Virus record (IMG/VR): IMGVR_UViG_2908873634_000001
Coordinates: 1 to 64,000 of that record
From: a virus
Lineage: Duplodnaviria; Caudoviricetes
DNA length: 64,000 bases
Strand: one strand, 5' to 3'
How positions within the stretch are numbered: position 1 is the first letter of the stretch; each line of letters opens with the position of its first letter. Shown here one piece after another: positions 32,390-43,612 of the stretch. A model generated the notes under the pieces. That model did no database searches. It was not told where the DNA came from and saw only the letters and a program-made list of their open reading frames with translations. The translations under genes were made by a program, and so were the position numbers.

Positions 32390-34475
32390 ATGAAGGATCG
32401 TCGCACAAGGAGTCTCGGGAGTGCTATGCACCCCGCTGACGTCGTCAACCAGGTCCCCACCACCAACTTCTTCTCCGAGGCCGGGCGCCGCGCCGAGGCC
32501 GACGACATGCACGTCACTTGCCGGGCCCGCCGGACGTACGCCGACATGGTGCCGGGTGAGTCCCGCCAGCCCGTCCTCACCCTCGCCCCGACCGTCCGCT
32601 TCCTGCCGGTCGTCGCTGCGAACACCGAGCCGTGCATCTTCTGCGAGCACTACTCCTGCAACGGCACCGACTGCCACGGCTTCACCCCGGCCCCGACCAG
32701 CCTGCGGAGCGTGGCGTGATGGCCGACACCGACTACGACGACATCGACCCCCAGCTCATCGCCGACATCGAGGACCTGTTCGCGGGCCTCCACCCCTCGA
32801 CTTCTCGACGACGTCCTCCACTCCGACTTCCCGGAAGCCGCCGAAGAGTCCTACAAGACGCTCGTCCTCAGCCAGATCCCCGCCTTCGACGACGAGGACG
32901 CCGTCATCGACTGGGACGCCCCGAGCACCCAGGACACGACGCCCACGGGTGAGGTCGACCCGCTCCTGATCGACGCCATGGAGTACCTCCACTCCCGCAT
33001 CAACCGGTCGGCGCTGCTGAACGCGGTCCTCGACTCGGCGAACCCTCAGGGCGCGGTCCAGGCGTTCGAGGACCTGGCGCCCGGCGGCTGGGGCGGCGAG
33101 CCCCAGTGAACGAGTACCCGCCCATCCACCGCCCGGGCGAGATGGCCCCGATCCCGGACCGCCGCCATCCGATGCCCCCGCTCGACGACGGCCTCGGCGG
33201 AATCCTCGACGACACCGCAGGCATCCACCCCGGCATCGACCTCATCCGCGACGGCCTCCGCCTCCTCGCCCTCGACCACCTCACCCGCGAGCAGACCATG
33301 AGCGTCCTCGCCGCCCTGGCCGGCGCCGAACAGAACCTCGCCGACGGCATCGGGCACCTCGTCGAACGCCTCACCAACCCGACCACCAACCCCGCCCTGA
33401 CTCACCTCGACCCCGACACCGCGAAGAACGTCCAGCTCGAAGGCGAGCGGTACCGGCACGAGACCACCGCGTACGGATCCCGGCCTCGTGCCGCCGAAGC
33501 CATCGCCCTCATCGACGGCATCTAGCCCGCTTCACCAACCACCTTCCGAAGGGACCTCTCATGCCGAACAAGATCAACCTCAACGCGATCGTCCTCCTGC
33601 TCACTTCAGCGATCGGCGGCCTGACCACCGGCTACCTGATCCGGTACACGGACACCTCGCTCAGCATCGCCTTCATCGTCGCCTTCCTCACCGTGAGCGC
33701 CATCCGAGGCGAGACGCGCGCCAACAGGCTTGCCGCGGCCAAGACCACCGCTGGCTCCTGACCCCGCCTCACCGGGGCCCGGCACCACCGCCGGGCCCCG
33801 ACCACCAAGCCCCGAAGGAACTCGCCATGACCACCACAGCCCCCGCCGAGACCGCCTGGCCCGAAGGTGTCATCGCCCGCTACCTCACCGTCGGCGGCGC
33901 CACCGTCGACCTGACCGAGGAGTCCGCCTACTACATCCCCACCCCGCCCACCCAGACCCGAGCGCAATGCAGCGGCTGTGGCGACCGGGAGACCAAGGAG
34001 TGGGGCTTCAACATCCTCGCGCACGAGAACGGCCGACCCCAGCCCGACGAGTTCGACGAAGGCGGCCGCTACACCACGCCCAGGCTCCGCAGGTGGGCCC
34101 AGCGCCACGCCGAGAAGTGCCGCGCCATGCCCAAGCCGACCACCTGACCTACCCAGCCCCGGACCCGGCGTGACGCTGCCGGATCAGATCCGGCCCGGGG
34201 CACTCCACCCGACCACCCCGCACACCTGAAGGAGCCCCGCCATGCCCGTTCTCGCCCTGATCCCGTCCGACGGCCCGTCCGAGCAGCAGCTCGCCGAGAT
34301 CGAGGCCGGTGTCCGCGCCTCCGTCGTTGCCGACTACCTGGCCGCGCAGCGCACCGGTGACCGGCTCGGGCTGCTGGCTGCCGAGTACCTGGCCGCCCGC
34401 ATCGACGAGTCCACTCCGGACGGGCCGCGGCTCGCCGACGAGCTCGCCGGCCTCAACCAGCCCGCCGCGGCCTGA
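32390..34475 (+). CDS. Six small plasmid-type hypothetical genes (32390-32719, 32719-33109, 33106-33525, 33561-33761 two TM helices, 33827-34147, 34242-34475)
   Basis: Clear RBSs and coupled stop/starts; WPEGVIARYLTVGGATVD...WAQRHAEKCRAMP motif. Confidence 0.65.
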
Positions 34476-34484
34476 GGTCACCCG

Positions 34485-34993
34485 ATGAGCATCGCCCCGT
34501 ACAAGCTTGACGCCCGGCACCAGCCCGGTCTCGCCCGCGTTGAGGCCATCGCCGACAACTGCTCCGGCATCGTCATCCGCGAACTCGGCGAAGGCGTCGG
34601 CCACGTCGACATCCACGTCACCAACCGCCGCTACTTCGCTGCGGCCGTCATCGCCGCCGAGCAGCAGGCCATCGGCACGACCGGCCGACCCGTACTGAGC
34701 GAAGGCTACGACAACTGGAGCTTCACCACCGTCTCGCCCGCGGCGCCGTCATGGTCATCGACGTCGAGTCGTGCCGCACCAACCGTGAGATCGACCGCAC
34801 CCTCATCCACGAGTTCGTGCACGCCGCCCAGTTCCGGCGGCCCGGCGTCCGCGACTCCGTCCTTGCCGGACTCCACAATAACTACGGCCTCCACCGGCTG
34901 TCCCGGTGGGAGGCGAAGCGGCTGAACCGGCAGGTCGCCGCCCACGAACGCGAGGCCCGGAGCCTCGAACGCTACGCCCGCAAGCTCCCCTGA
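34485..34993 (+). CDS. Putative zinc metallopeptidase (HExxH)
   Basis: TLIHEFVHAAQ plus downstream HEREA; one frameshift. Confidence 0.6.
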
Positions 34994-35012
34994 CCTCGAA
35001 AGGAGGCCCGTC

Positions 35013-36072
35013 ATGGGCTGGAGCATCTCGCACGGCGGCACCTGCCACGGCTACTCGTACAGCGGTGTCGACGAGCTCGTACACCGATGCAGCGGCATCC
35101 TCACCCGCAGGGACTTGGACCGAGTCAAGAAGGTCATGCGGCCCGGTTCCGGTGACGCGTTCAAGGTGAAGCCGAAGCAGGCCAGGGAAGTCGGCGAGGC
35201 CCTCGTCCTCGCGGCCGGCTACCTCCCCCGGAGGGGCGACATGGCCCGCCAGATCGGTCAGTCCGCCCTCCGCGCCGCGTCCGCCAACGAGCCGTGGATG
35301 TGGTCCTGATGGCCAACCCGTGGCGCAGCACCCAGACGATCGGTGACCTCGGCCAGGCGATGGCCGACTGGCTGGAGGCCCGCATCCCGGCCCGGCCCGG
35401 CTACTTCGACACCCGGCCCGACACCGAGACCGACCACCTCATCCCGACCCTGGCCCGCCTGTGCCGCGGCGGGTACGTCACCGTCGACAGCCAGCCCGGC
35501 CTGGAAGGCCCCGGCCACGACGGTGCCCACTGGCGGCAGAAGGCCTACGTCGAGGGCTACCTCGACGGCCGGGGCCCGCTCCTGCGGCAGATCCTGCGGG
35601 CCGCCGAGGGTGCGGGGATGGGCACGATCCGCGCCAACCGGCCGCCCGCCACCCCGGTCCCGTTCACCGACCGCGACGGGCAGCCGACCTCCGGGATCAC
35701 CACCCGGTTCCCGAGGAACCAGCTCGCCCGCGAGTGGGACGGTATCGGCCGCCGCGCGTTCCGCGACCTCCGTGCCCACGGTGTCCACCTCGTCATCTAC
35801 GACCCGGTGTGGGGCCGCAACGACCGTCTGTGGCCCGCGTTGACGGGGGCGGTCCGGTGAGCATTGGCTGGCTGATCGGCCTCACCAGGGCCCGCGTGTT
35901 CTTCCTGTTCGCCGGCCTCGCCTGGGTCTTCGGGCTCCAGGCTCCGGCCCTCGTCCGCCTCGCGCTCGTCGTCCTCGCCGCCGTTGCGGTCGCCGGGGAT
36001 GGCCTCCTCGACGAGCAGCGCGTCGCCCGCACCACCCAGACCACCGTCCCGCCGCAGCGCACCCACGCCTAA
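35013..36072 (+). CDS. Three hypothetical genes (35013-35309; 35309-35860; 35857-36072 membrane)
   Basis: Coupled ORFs; GYVTVDSQPG...WRQKAYVEG motif; hydrophobic third ORF. Confidence 0.65.
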
Positions 36073-36093
36073 CCCCCGAAAGGACTGATCGCC

Positions 36094-37471
36094 GTGAGCA
36101 GCAGCTACCGCTCCTGGGAGGAGCGTGAGGCCGAGGCCACGAAGACCCGCGCCGAAGCGGCCCTCCTCGCAGCGCAGGCCGAAGCCGCCAAGCAGGACCT
36201 CGGCACCGGGGCGGCGAAGACCGCGACCGAGCAGCTCGCCGAGCAGGTCAAGCAGGCCCGGCTCCGTAAGCAGCTCACCGCCGTCGAGGACGACGCCGCC
36301 GACGACCAGGCGCAGCGCGACGAGCGCCGCCGCGAGGCCGCCCTCGACAAGGGCGTCTTCAAGAAGCTCGTCGCCGTCATCTTCGTCCTCGGGCTCCTCG
36401 CCTCCCTGCCGTCGCTCACCACGTACTTCCTCGACCTGCGGGCCGAGGGCGGCCCGGACCGGCCGGCCTGGTACCTGCTGCCGGTGCCGCTCTTCCTGGA
36501 GCTCCTCGCCTTCACCGCGGTCAAGGGCGCCCAGTGGGCCGTCCGCAAGGGCTTCGCCCGCTGGCCGTTCTGGATCCTCACCGCGACGCTCGCCGGGTTT
36601 GCCGGGTTCATCAACGGCGCGAAGGGCGCCGAGCTGTTCGGTCCGATCGCCGGCCTCGCGCTCGCCGCCACCTCCGTCGTCGGCCCGGTCCTCGTCGAGG
36701 TCCGCGAGATCATCGAGGCCCGATCCGCAGGCGACAACCGGGACGCCGTCCAGCGGGCCGCCGACAAGGCCAAGGCCCGCGCCGAAGCCGCGGTGGCGAA
36801 GGAGAAGGAGCAGCGGGAGAAGCGGCAGGACGCCGACCGCAAGGCGATGTTCCCGGAGCAGCACGAGGTGTACCTGAAGATCCTCGCCTCCGTCCCGGCC
36901 GGCTCGATGGACCGAGACGAGGCGTGGAAGGAAGCCGGCGCCGCCGTCCGCTTCCCCGACGTCCACGACCGGATGCTGTCGCTCATCTCCTGCCCGGTGC
37001 CCCGTCCCGCCCGGAGGCGTTCGCTGCCTCGTGGCGCGACCTGTACGGCGGCCCGCTCGGCGTCACCGCGAACGTCCTCGACCGCCGGCTGAAGGCGGAG
37101 GCGGACCTCGCCTCCGTCCTGGAGGCCGCCGAGGTCACCCCGAGCGCATCGCCGTCGACCGTCTCCTCGCCGACCTGTTCCCGACCCGGACGGGAGGCGA
37201 CGACGGCCCCGCGATGGCTGCCCCAAAGAGGGGGCCCCAGGGCCGTCCAAGACCCCCGGAGCCCTAGGGGGATTGAGAAGCGCCCGTCCGGACGGCAGCC
37301 CCGCGCTGACGCCACGGAGCCCCTCAAGGCCGAGGACATCGAGAAGGCGACGAAGTTCCGCGACGCCGTCCCTCCCGCCCAGTTCTCCACCCCGCGGTCG
37401 CCAAGCTCCTCGGCCGCAGCAAGGTCTACGCCCGCCGCGTCCGTGACGCCGTCCAGCCCGAGCAGAGCTGA
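36094..37471 (+). CDS. Multi-pass membrane / coiled-coil protein, Spd (spread)-like
   Basis: Four hydrophobic helices flanked by coiled coils, C-terminal HTH-like end; directly upstream of TraB as in Streptomyces conjugative elements. Confidence 0.6.
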
Positions 37472-37482
37472 GGACCCCCGCC

Positions 37483-39542
37483 ATGACCACCGCCACCCAC
37501 ACCCCGCAGGACACTGGCCGCCCGACCCTCACCGTCGTCCCCGAGCAGACCGCCCCCGCCGTTGAGGGCACGGTCGTCGAGCACCAGGGCAACACCGTCG
37601 CCCGGCCCGCGTGGGCCGTGTCCGCCGCCGAGCGGGCCCGGCTCGCCCGGCGCCACGCCACCGCCAACCGGCTGTACGGCCCGTGGATCGCCCGCGGCTA
37701 CTGGCGCCTCACCCGTAGCTGGTTCGCCGGCTGGCGCGACGACCACCCCCAGATGATCGCCACCGCCAAGGCCGACCGGAAGAACGCCAAGGGCGACGCC
37801 GCCGCCGAGGCGAGGGCCCACGGTCTCGTCCGGGCCCGCCGCGCCGACTACCTCCGCCACCGCCTCATCTACAGCGCCAAGACCGGCGTCTGGACCGGGC
37901 TCGCTGGAGGCGGCGTCACCGTCGCCACCCTCGGCGCGCCCCTCCTCGACATCCCCTCGCCCTCGCCGCCCTCGGGCTCGGCGCCTGGCACGGGCGGCCC
38001 GACGCCCCCACCCAGCAGCTCCTTCACCGCAGCCGTCGCCGACGGCGCAGCGCCCGCCCCAGCAGCCGGACTTGCCGCCCCCGAAGACCAGCGAGTCCTC
38101 GGCGCGCTGGCGAAGCTCGGCTTCGACGGCGAAACCGTCCAGCCCATGACCCGGCAGCCCGGCGGCGCCTTCACCACCGTCATCGACCTCGACGACACCG
38201 TCACCGCCCTCAAGAGCAAGACCGAAGCGCTCGCCGGCGCCCTGCGCAGGGACGTGTCCATGGTCGACGTCAGCAAGGGCGAGCACGCCAACCAGGCCCG
38301 GATCTGGCTCGCCGACACCGACCCGTTCGAAAACACCCGCCCCTCCCCGCTCGTCCAGGCCCCCGGCCCGGTCGACGCCTGGAACGACGGCGTACCCGTC
38401 GGCTGGGGCAAGCGCGGCAACACCGTCCGCCTGCTCGTCCGCAACCAGCACACCCTCATCGGCGGCACCACCCGCTCCGGCAAGGGCGTCGGCATGGCCA
38501 ACCTCCTCGTCGGCGCCGCCATGGACCCCCGCATCAACCTACGGATCGTCGCCGGCAAGGAGAACGGCGAGTTCGACGCCCTCGGCCGCGCCGGAGTCGC
38601 CGCCACCTACTTCAAGCCCCACCCGGCTCGGCTCCTCGCCCTCACCGAGGCGCTGATCGCCGACATGGACCGCCGCAACAGGCTCCTCGGCGACCTCGCC
38701 AAGTCGAAGATGACCGAGGACACCATCATGCGGCTCGGCGGCATCGAACTGGTCGTCATCGACGAGGTCGCCACCTACACCGGCCCCGGAAGCCACGACG
38801 ACCGCGACCAGTTGCTGGAGAACTTGATGAAGATCGCCGCCGTGGCGACCGGCGCCGGGATCCTCCTCGTCCTCACCACCCAGTTGCCCCAGGTCGACGT
38901 CATCCCCACCCGCCTGTCGATGAACTGCGGCACCAAGTGGGCCATGAAGGTCGACAGCGGCACCCAGTCCAACACGATCCTCGGCTCCGGCCTCGCCGGC
39001 TCCGGCGGCCCGGACGCCTCGAAGTTCGACCCGCCGCGGCCCGGCCTGGGCTGGCTGAACAACCCGTTCGCCGGCGGCACCGACCTCGCCCGCAGCTTCG
39101 ACCTCGACGAGGACGAGCGCGGGAGGTCACCCGGCTCATGAAGTACGCGGCCAAGCTCCGCGAGGACGCCGGGCGCCTGGCCGGACAGTGGGACGACCCG
39201 ATCGAGCAGCACCTGACCGCCGCGACCGGCCTGTCGTCGGCCGCCGGCGGCCCCGAGCGCAACGGACGGCCCGGCCGCACCGGTGGACTGCCTGCCAGCG
39301 AGCTCCTGGTGAACCGGGCGATCGAGGCCCTGACCCGGGCCGGGGTGGACCGGATGCGGCCCGAGCCCCTCGCGGACGCTTTGCGGGCGGAGTGGGGCTA
39401 CCCGGACCTGACGGCCGACGAACTCAAGAAGCGGCTGAAGGACGCCGGCGTCGGCAGCCCCGTTCCGCTCGGCGAGATCGACGGGATGGCCAACCCGCGC
39501 GGCTACAAGCTCGACGCCCTCAAGGCCGCCGGAAGCCTGTAA
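37483..39542 (+). CDS. traB: TraB-like FtsK/SpoIIIE DNA translocase
   Basis: N-terminal TM region, Walker A GTTRSGKG, Walker B VVIDE, TTQLP, C-terminal wHTH ending NPRGYKL; followed by a repeat array. Confidence 0.85.
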
Positions 39543-39545
39543 TGC

Positions 39546-39712
39546 CCTGATCGTCCCCTGCTCGGGCCTGCTCGCAAGTGCTAAGCCGCAGGTCAGGCCC
39601 TGCTCGGCCCACTGCTCGACCCCGCTCAGCTCCTGCTCGCGAGCACCCTCCGAGCAGGACGCCGAGCACCCCTGACCTGCGCATTAGCGGCAGCTCTATG
39701 CCGTTGAGCACC
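39546..39712. repeat. clt-like locus: 8-bp TraB recognition repeats
   Basis: CCTGCTCG-type octamers at 39546, 39557, 39567, 39599, 39611, 39621, 39632; inverted copies at 39640, 39651, 39663, 39705; IR GCAGGTCAGG/CCTGACCTGC. Confidence 0.75.
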
Positions 39713-39750
39713 CGATATCCACCCATTCGTCCCTGACGAGAGGAGCCCCG

Positions 39751-40949
39751 ACGGACGCCTGCCAGACCACCTACCGGGCCACCCGAGCCGACTGCACAGC
39801 CCTCACCCAGACCATCCAGCCCGGCCAGCGCCTCTACGTCCACCACGAAGGCCACACCCGCGAGTTCGAGGTCACCGACGACCTCCGCGCCACCCCGTCG
39901 GCCAGGCCGACGGCCCCCGCATCACCCTCCCGCACCTCCTCGCCCGCTGCGGCGCCATCCACACCCAGCACCCCGAAAGGACCACGACATGAGCCTCAAG
40001 GCCAAGTACCCCGACACCCGCGGCGGCCTCAAGGAGCTCGTCCGCGACGCCCGCCCTGGCACCCGCCTCTACACCGTCACCGAGTACACCGCCACCGCCT
40101 ACATCCCCGGCGGGAAGGCCTACTCCGAGTGGGTCGTCACCGACAAGAAGTCCTGGATCGACAACACCTTCTACGTCCGCAGCCCCTCCAACGGCAGCGA
40201 GATCACCATCAAGACCCTCCTGTCCAAGGAGCGCGCCGTCTACGGCCAGCGGCCCGCGAACATGCCCAACACCGCCGCCCAGGTCCGGCACGAGACCTAC
40301 AGCGACGCCGCCCACCGTGCCGCGCAGGCCGTTGCCGACCGGCACGCCGACGAGGCCGCCGCCCGACTCTCCCGCCAGTACGCCGGCCGGTGACCACCGT
40401 GACCACTGCCCTCGCCCCGGCGCCCGCCGACCTCGATGCGACCGGCCTCATCGCCGACATCGAGGCCTACCTCGCCGCCCACGCCCCCGCACCGCGCACC
40501 CGCTCGTCACCAAGACCACCGCCCAGCTCGTCGCCGAAGCTCTCGCCACCCAGCCCGAGCCGGATCCTGCGCCCGCCCTCGCGCCGCCCAGCCGGGCCCT
40601 GCGGATCCTCCCCGACTGGGTGCTCAGCCTCCTCGGCCACCGTACCGGCACCCGACGGGCCGTCACCGTCGCCCAGCACTTGGAGCTCACCGCGCTCGTC
40701 CTCCAGCGCTACGGCTGGACCCAGCGGTCGCTCCGCACCGCCGGCGGCCGACGGTGCATCCTCGGCGCCCAGGCCGTGCTCTACCGGCTCGGGTACGGCG
40801 ACGAGCGCACTGCGGAGGAAGCCGGACGCTGGATCCAGGGCGTCCTCCGGCGGCGGGGAATCAGCTCGCCGTACTGGGCGTGGCAGGACGGGCCGGGACG
40901 GACGGAGGTTGAGGTGCTGCACCTTCTTCGCGAAGCAGCCCACCAGTAG
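39751..40949 (+). CDS. Three hypothetical genes (39751-39992, 39989-40393, 40390-40949 DUF6197-like)
   Basis: Coupled ORFs; third has LQRYGWTQ...RCILGA...WAWQDGPGRT. Confidence 0.6.
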
Positions 40950-41550
40950 ACCCACGAAACAGATGATGATCCTATGGATGCGCCCCGCACCATCCCCTCG
41001 CCGACGTCCTCAGCGTCACCACCGGCCGGGCAGGAGGTCCGCGGCTCGTACGGCCTCGGCCCCGCCACCGCCGAGGACACCAACACCGACGAGGACAGTG
41101 ACTGAAGCGACTCAACATCCGAAGTCCCGCAACCACTATCGAGGGGTACCGGATTCGGGGGATCGCACCTCAGACAAACCGCCCTCAGCCTGCCACCATT
41201 GATCTCGGAAGCAGGAAGTCCTGACTCATGGTGTCCCCGCGCCGCGGAAAGGTCCCACTGCTGCCAGCCCGGCCCCGCCAGTCTCCCCGTCTGGCGGGGC
41301 CTCCCCTTCCGGCAAGCCCCAGCCGCAAGGAACCCCCATGGACGACCAGACCGCGTACGAGCAGCTCAAGCCCCACCTGAAGCCCTACAACCCCACCATC
41401 CCCCTCGGACCACGCGACGGCCTCTTCATCGAGCAGGAAGACGGCCCACCCCTGCTATACATCGGCGGCATCAAGCACGCCTACACCATCGACTAGCCGA
41501 AGGACGCCCCTGTGGACGACCTGTCTGATAGGAACCCGGCAGGAGGGCCC

Positions 41551-41944
41551 ATGACACCTGACCAGATCGCTGAACGCATCGCAGCCATCCACGCCACCCA
41601 CCCCCACCAGTACTACTCCAAGCTCCAGCCCTCTGGCGAGACGTCCTCCACGCCATCGCTGACGGGGCCCCCGACGCCCACCTCCTCGCAGCCGCCGCAC
41701 TCCGCACCGGCAAGCCGCCCACCACGCAGGAGAAGCCCTCGGCTACGCATCGGTCCTCTCCCTGGTCAAGGCGTCCGAAGGCGTCAGCGCAGCAGCCGAA
41801 GCCGCCGACCTCGGCCTCACCTCAAAGGCCATCCAGGCCAGGCGCCGCAACGCTCTCCGGAAGCTCGGCGCCCGCGACCCGGCCCACGCCATCGAGATCC
41901 TCCGCGAACGCGGTGAAATCACCGACGCCGACCTAAAGCCATAG
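41551..41944 (+). CDS. LuxR-type HTH protein
   Basis: Reconstructed C-terminus ADLGLTLKAIQARRRNALRKLGARDPAHAI; hairpin terminator near 41958-41980. Confidence 0.6.
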
Positions 41945-42205
41945 GAAGTAGCACAAAGCCCCCGGCCGGAACCGGGGCTGAGGCATTGCGAGCCCGCCTG
42001 CACGAGTTCGCGGCGCTGTCAGGGCGCCAGAGGCCCGACAGGTGCACTCGGCGGCCAGGGCCACCGCTCACCGGGCGGAAGGGGCCTACACCGCCAACCC
42101 TGGACGGTTCAGCACCTGCCCCCAGCATGACAGACATGCAGAGGCACGATCCCCAGGAATCCGGCACCAGCCCCACCGCGGGCCGGCGAATCCATCACCA
42201 GCGGG

Positions 42206-42930
42206 TCACTTCACCGGCTTCCACGTCCCGCACCGCTCAGTGGTGAACTGCCCGTCCGACGACCGGATCGTCACCGTGATCTTCCGCGCGCTGGTCGCGA
42301 AGTTGTTGTCGATGATCTCGCCCGACTCGCTGGTCCGCTCCCAGTAGCAGTCGTCCAGCTTCCCCGTCGTCTGGTACGTCCCTGGCGGGATCTCCCGCTC
42401 CCCGGCGATAGCCTTCGACGACACCACATACGTCCCGTTGCCATACCAACGGTCGTAGTCCCCGACACAGCCTGCTTCACCGCCGACGTCCACTTCGGGC
42501 ACAGCTTCGGCACCCCCGCCTGCAGAACATGCTTCTTGTCGCCCTCCAGGTAGCCCATGTCAACCAGGTACTCCGGCGGCGACGACAGCTCGATCCCCTC
42601 ATCCAGAGCTGCGCACGCGCGCAAGACGAACGTCGATGGCGACCCGTCGTTGTAGGCGTCGAGGACCCAGCCCTTCTCCTCCACAAGCCGGTCGAAGTCG
42701 GCTTCCGGCCCCGGCGTCTCCGTGGGCTCCTCCGTGGCGTACGGGTCCTCCGTCGAGAACGGCAGCCCCGTGTCCGTATCCGTCGGCTCCGGCGTCGTCA
42801 GGTCGATGATCGGCGTCCTGCTCGCCCCCGGCGCCGCATCCGGCACCCCATCACCACCGCACCCGGCCACCAGCACCGCCACCACGACCATCCCGGCCGC
42901 CGCGGCCCCCACCCTGCATATCTGTGTCAT
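42206..42930 (-). CDS. Lipoprotein
   Basis: Lipobox LVAGC; C-terminal IPPGTYQT...CYWER...IIDNNF motif common in actinobacterial secreted proteins. Confidence 0.7.
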
Positions 42931-42958
42931 CAGCGCAGGATGCCACCCGAGCCCGCCC

Positions 42959-43009
42959 GGGGATCGGAAACCGGCTGATCGGGGATCATCAACATAAGGC
43001 GCGGGGCCT
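42959..43009 (+). promoter_or_regulatory. Late promoter motif (terminase small subunit)
   Basis: GGGGATC-N18-GATCAT-N6-AAGGCGCGGGGCCT. Confidence 0.7.
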
Positions 43010-43035
43010 CGACAACCACACACGGGAGCCCCACC

Positions 43036-43612
43036 GTGCCAGTCTCCAAGGCCAGAGCAGCCGAGATCGCCCTCAGGCGCAGCGAAATGCTGACCTGGAA
43101 GATCATGGGCCGCACGCCAAACCAGATCGCCGAACACTTCGGCGTCTCACCCGGCACCGCCCGCTCCGACGTGTCCCGCGCCATCAAGAAGGCCCGCCAG
43201 CTCGAGGTCGAAACCGCCGAGCTTTACCGCTTCATCCAGGGCTCCCGCCTGGAGACCCTCCTGCGCGTCCTCTGGCCGGCCGCCACGGGCATGAGTGGAC
43301 CACTCGGCCAGGAAGGCGAGATCGAGGTCGACCTGAAGGCCGTCGAACAGGTCAGGAAGATCATCACCGATATCAACGTCCTCTTCGGTCTCAATGCACC
43401 CGTCCGCACCGAGATCAGCGGACCCGACGGAGGCGACATCCCTTCTCCGGCGGCGAGGCCGCCGAGGTCGAAGCCCTCATCGCCATCTCCGACCGCGACA
43501 ACGCCGAAATCCCCCGATCAACCCCGACGCCGGCCTCGACGACGAAGACGAGGACGAAGAGGAGGACGAGGACGGCCTGGACGACGAGGACGACGATGAC
43601 GACAGCGCCTGA
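43036..43612 (+). CDS. Terminase small subunit (HTH)
   Basis: GRTPNQIAEHFGVS HTH; LFGLNAPVRTEISGPDGG; directly upstream of TerL. Confidence 0.8.

Noticed and set aside
39546-39712. Repeat array as a CRISPR
   Set aside because: Units are 8 bp with mostly 2-4 bp gaps, no unique spacers and no cas genes; it fits clt.
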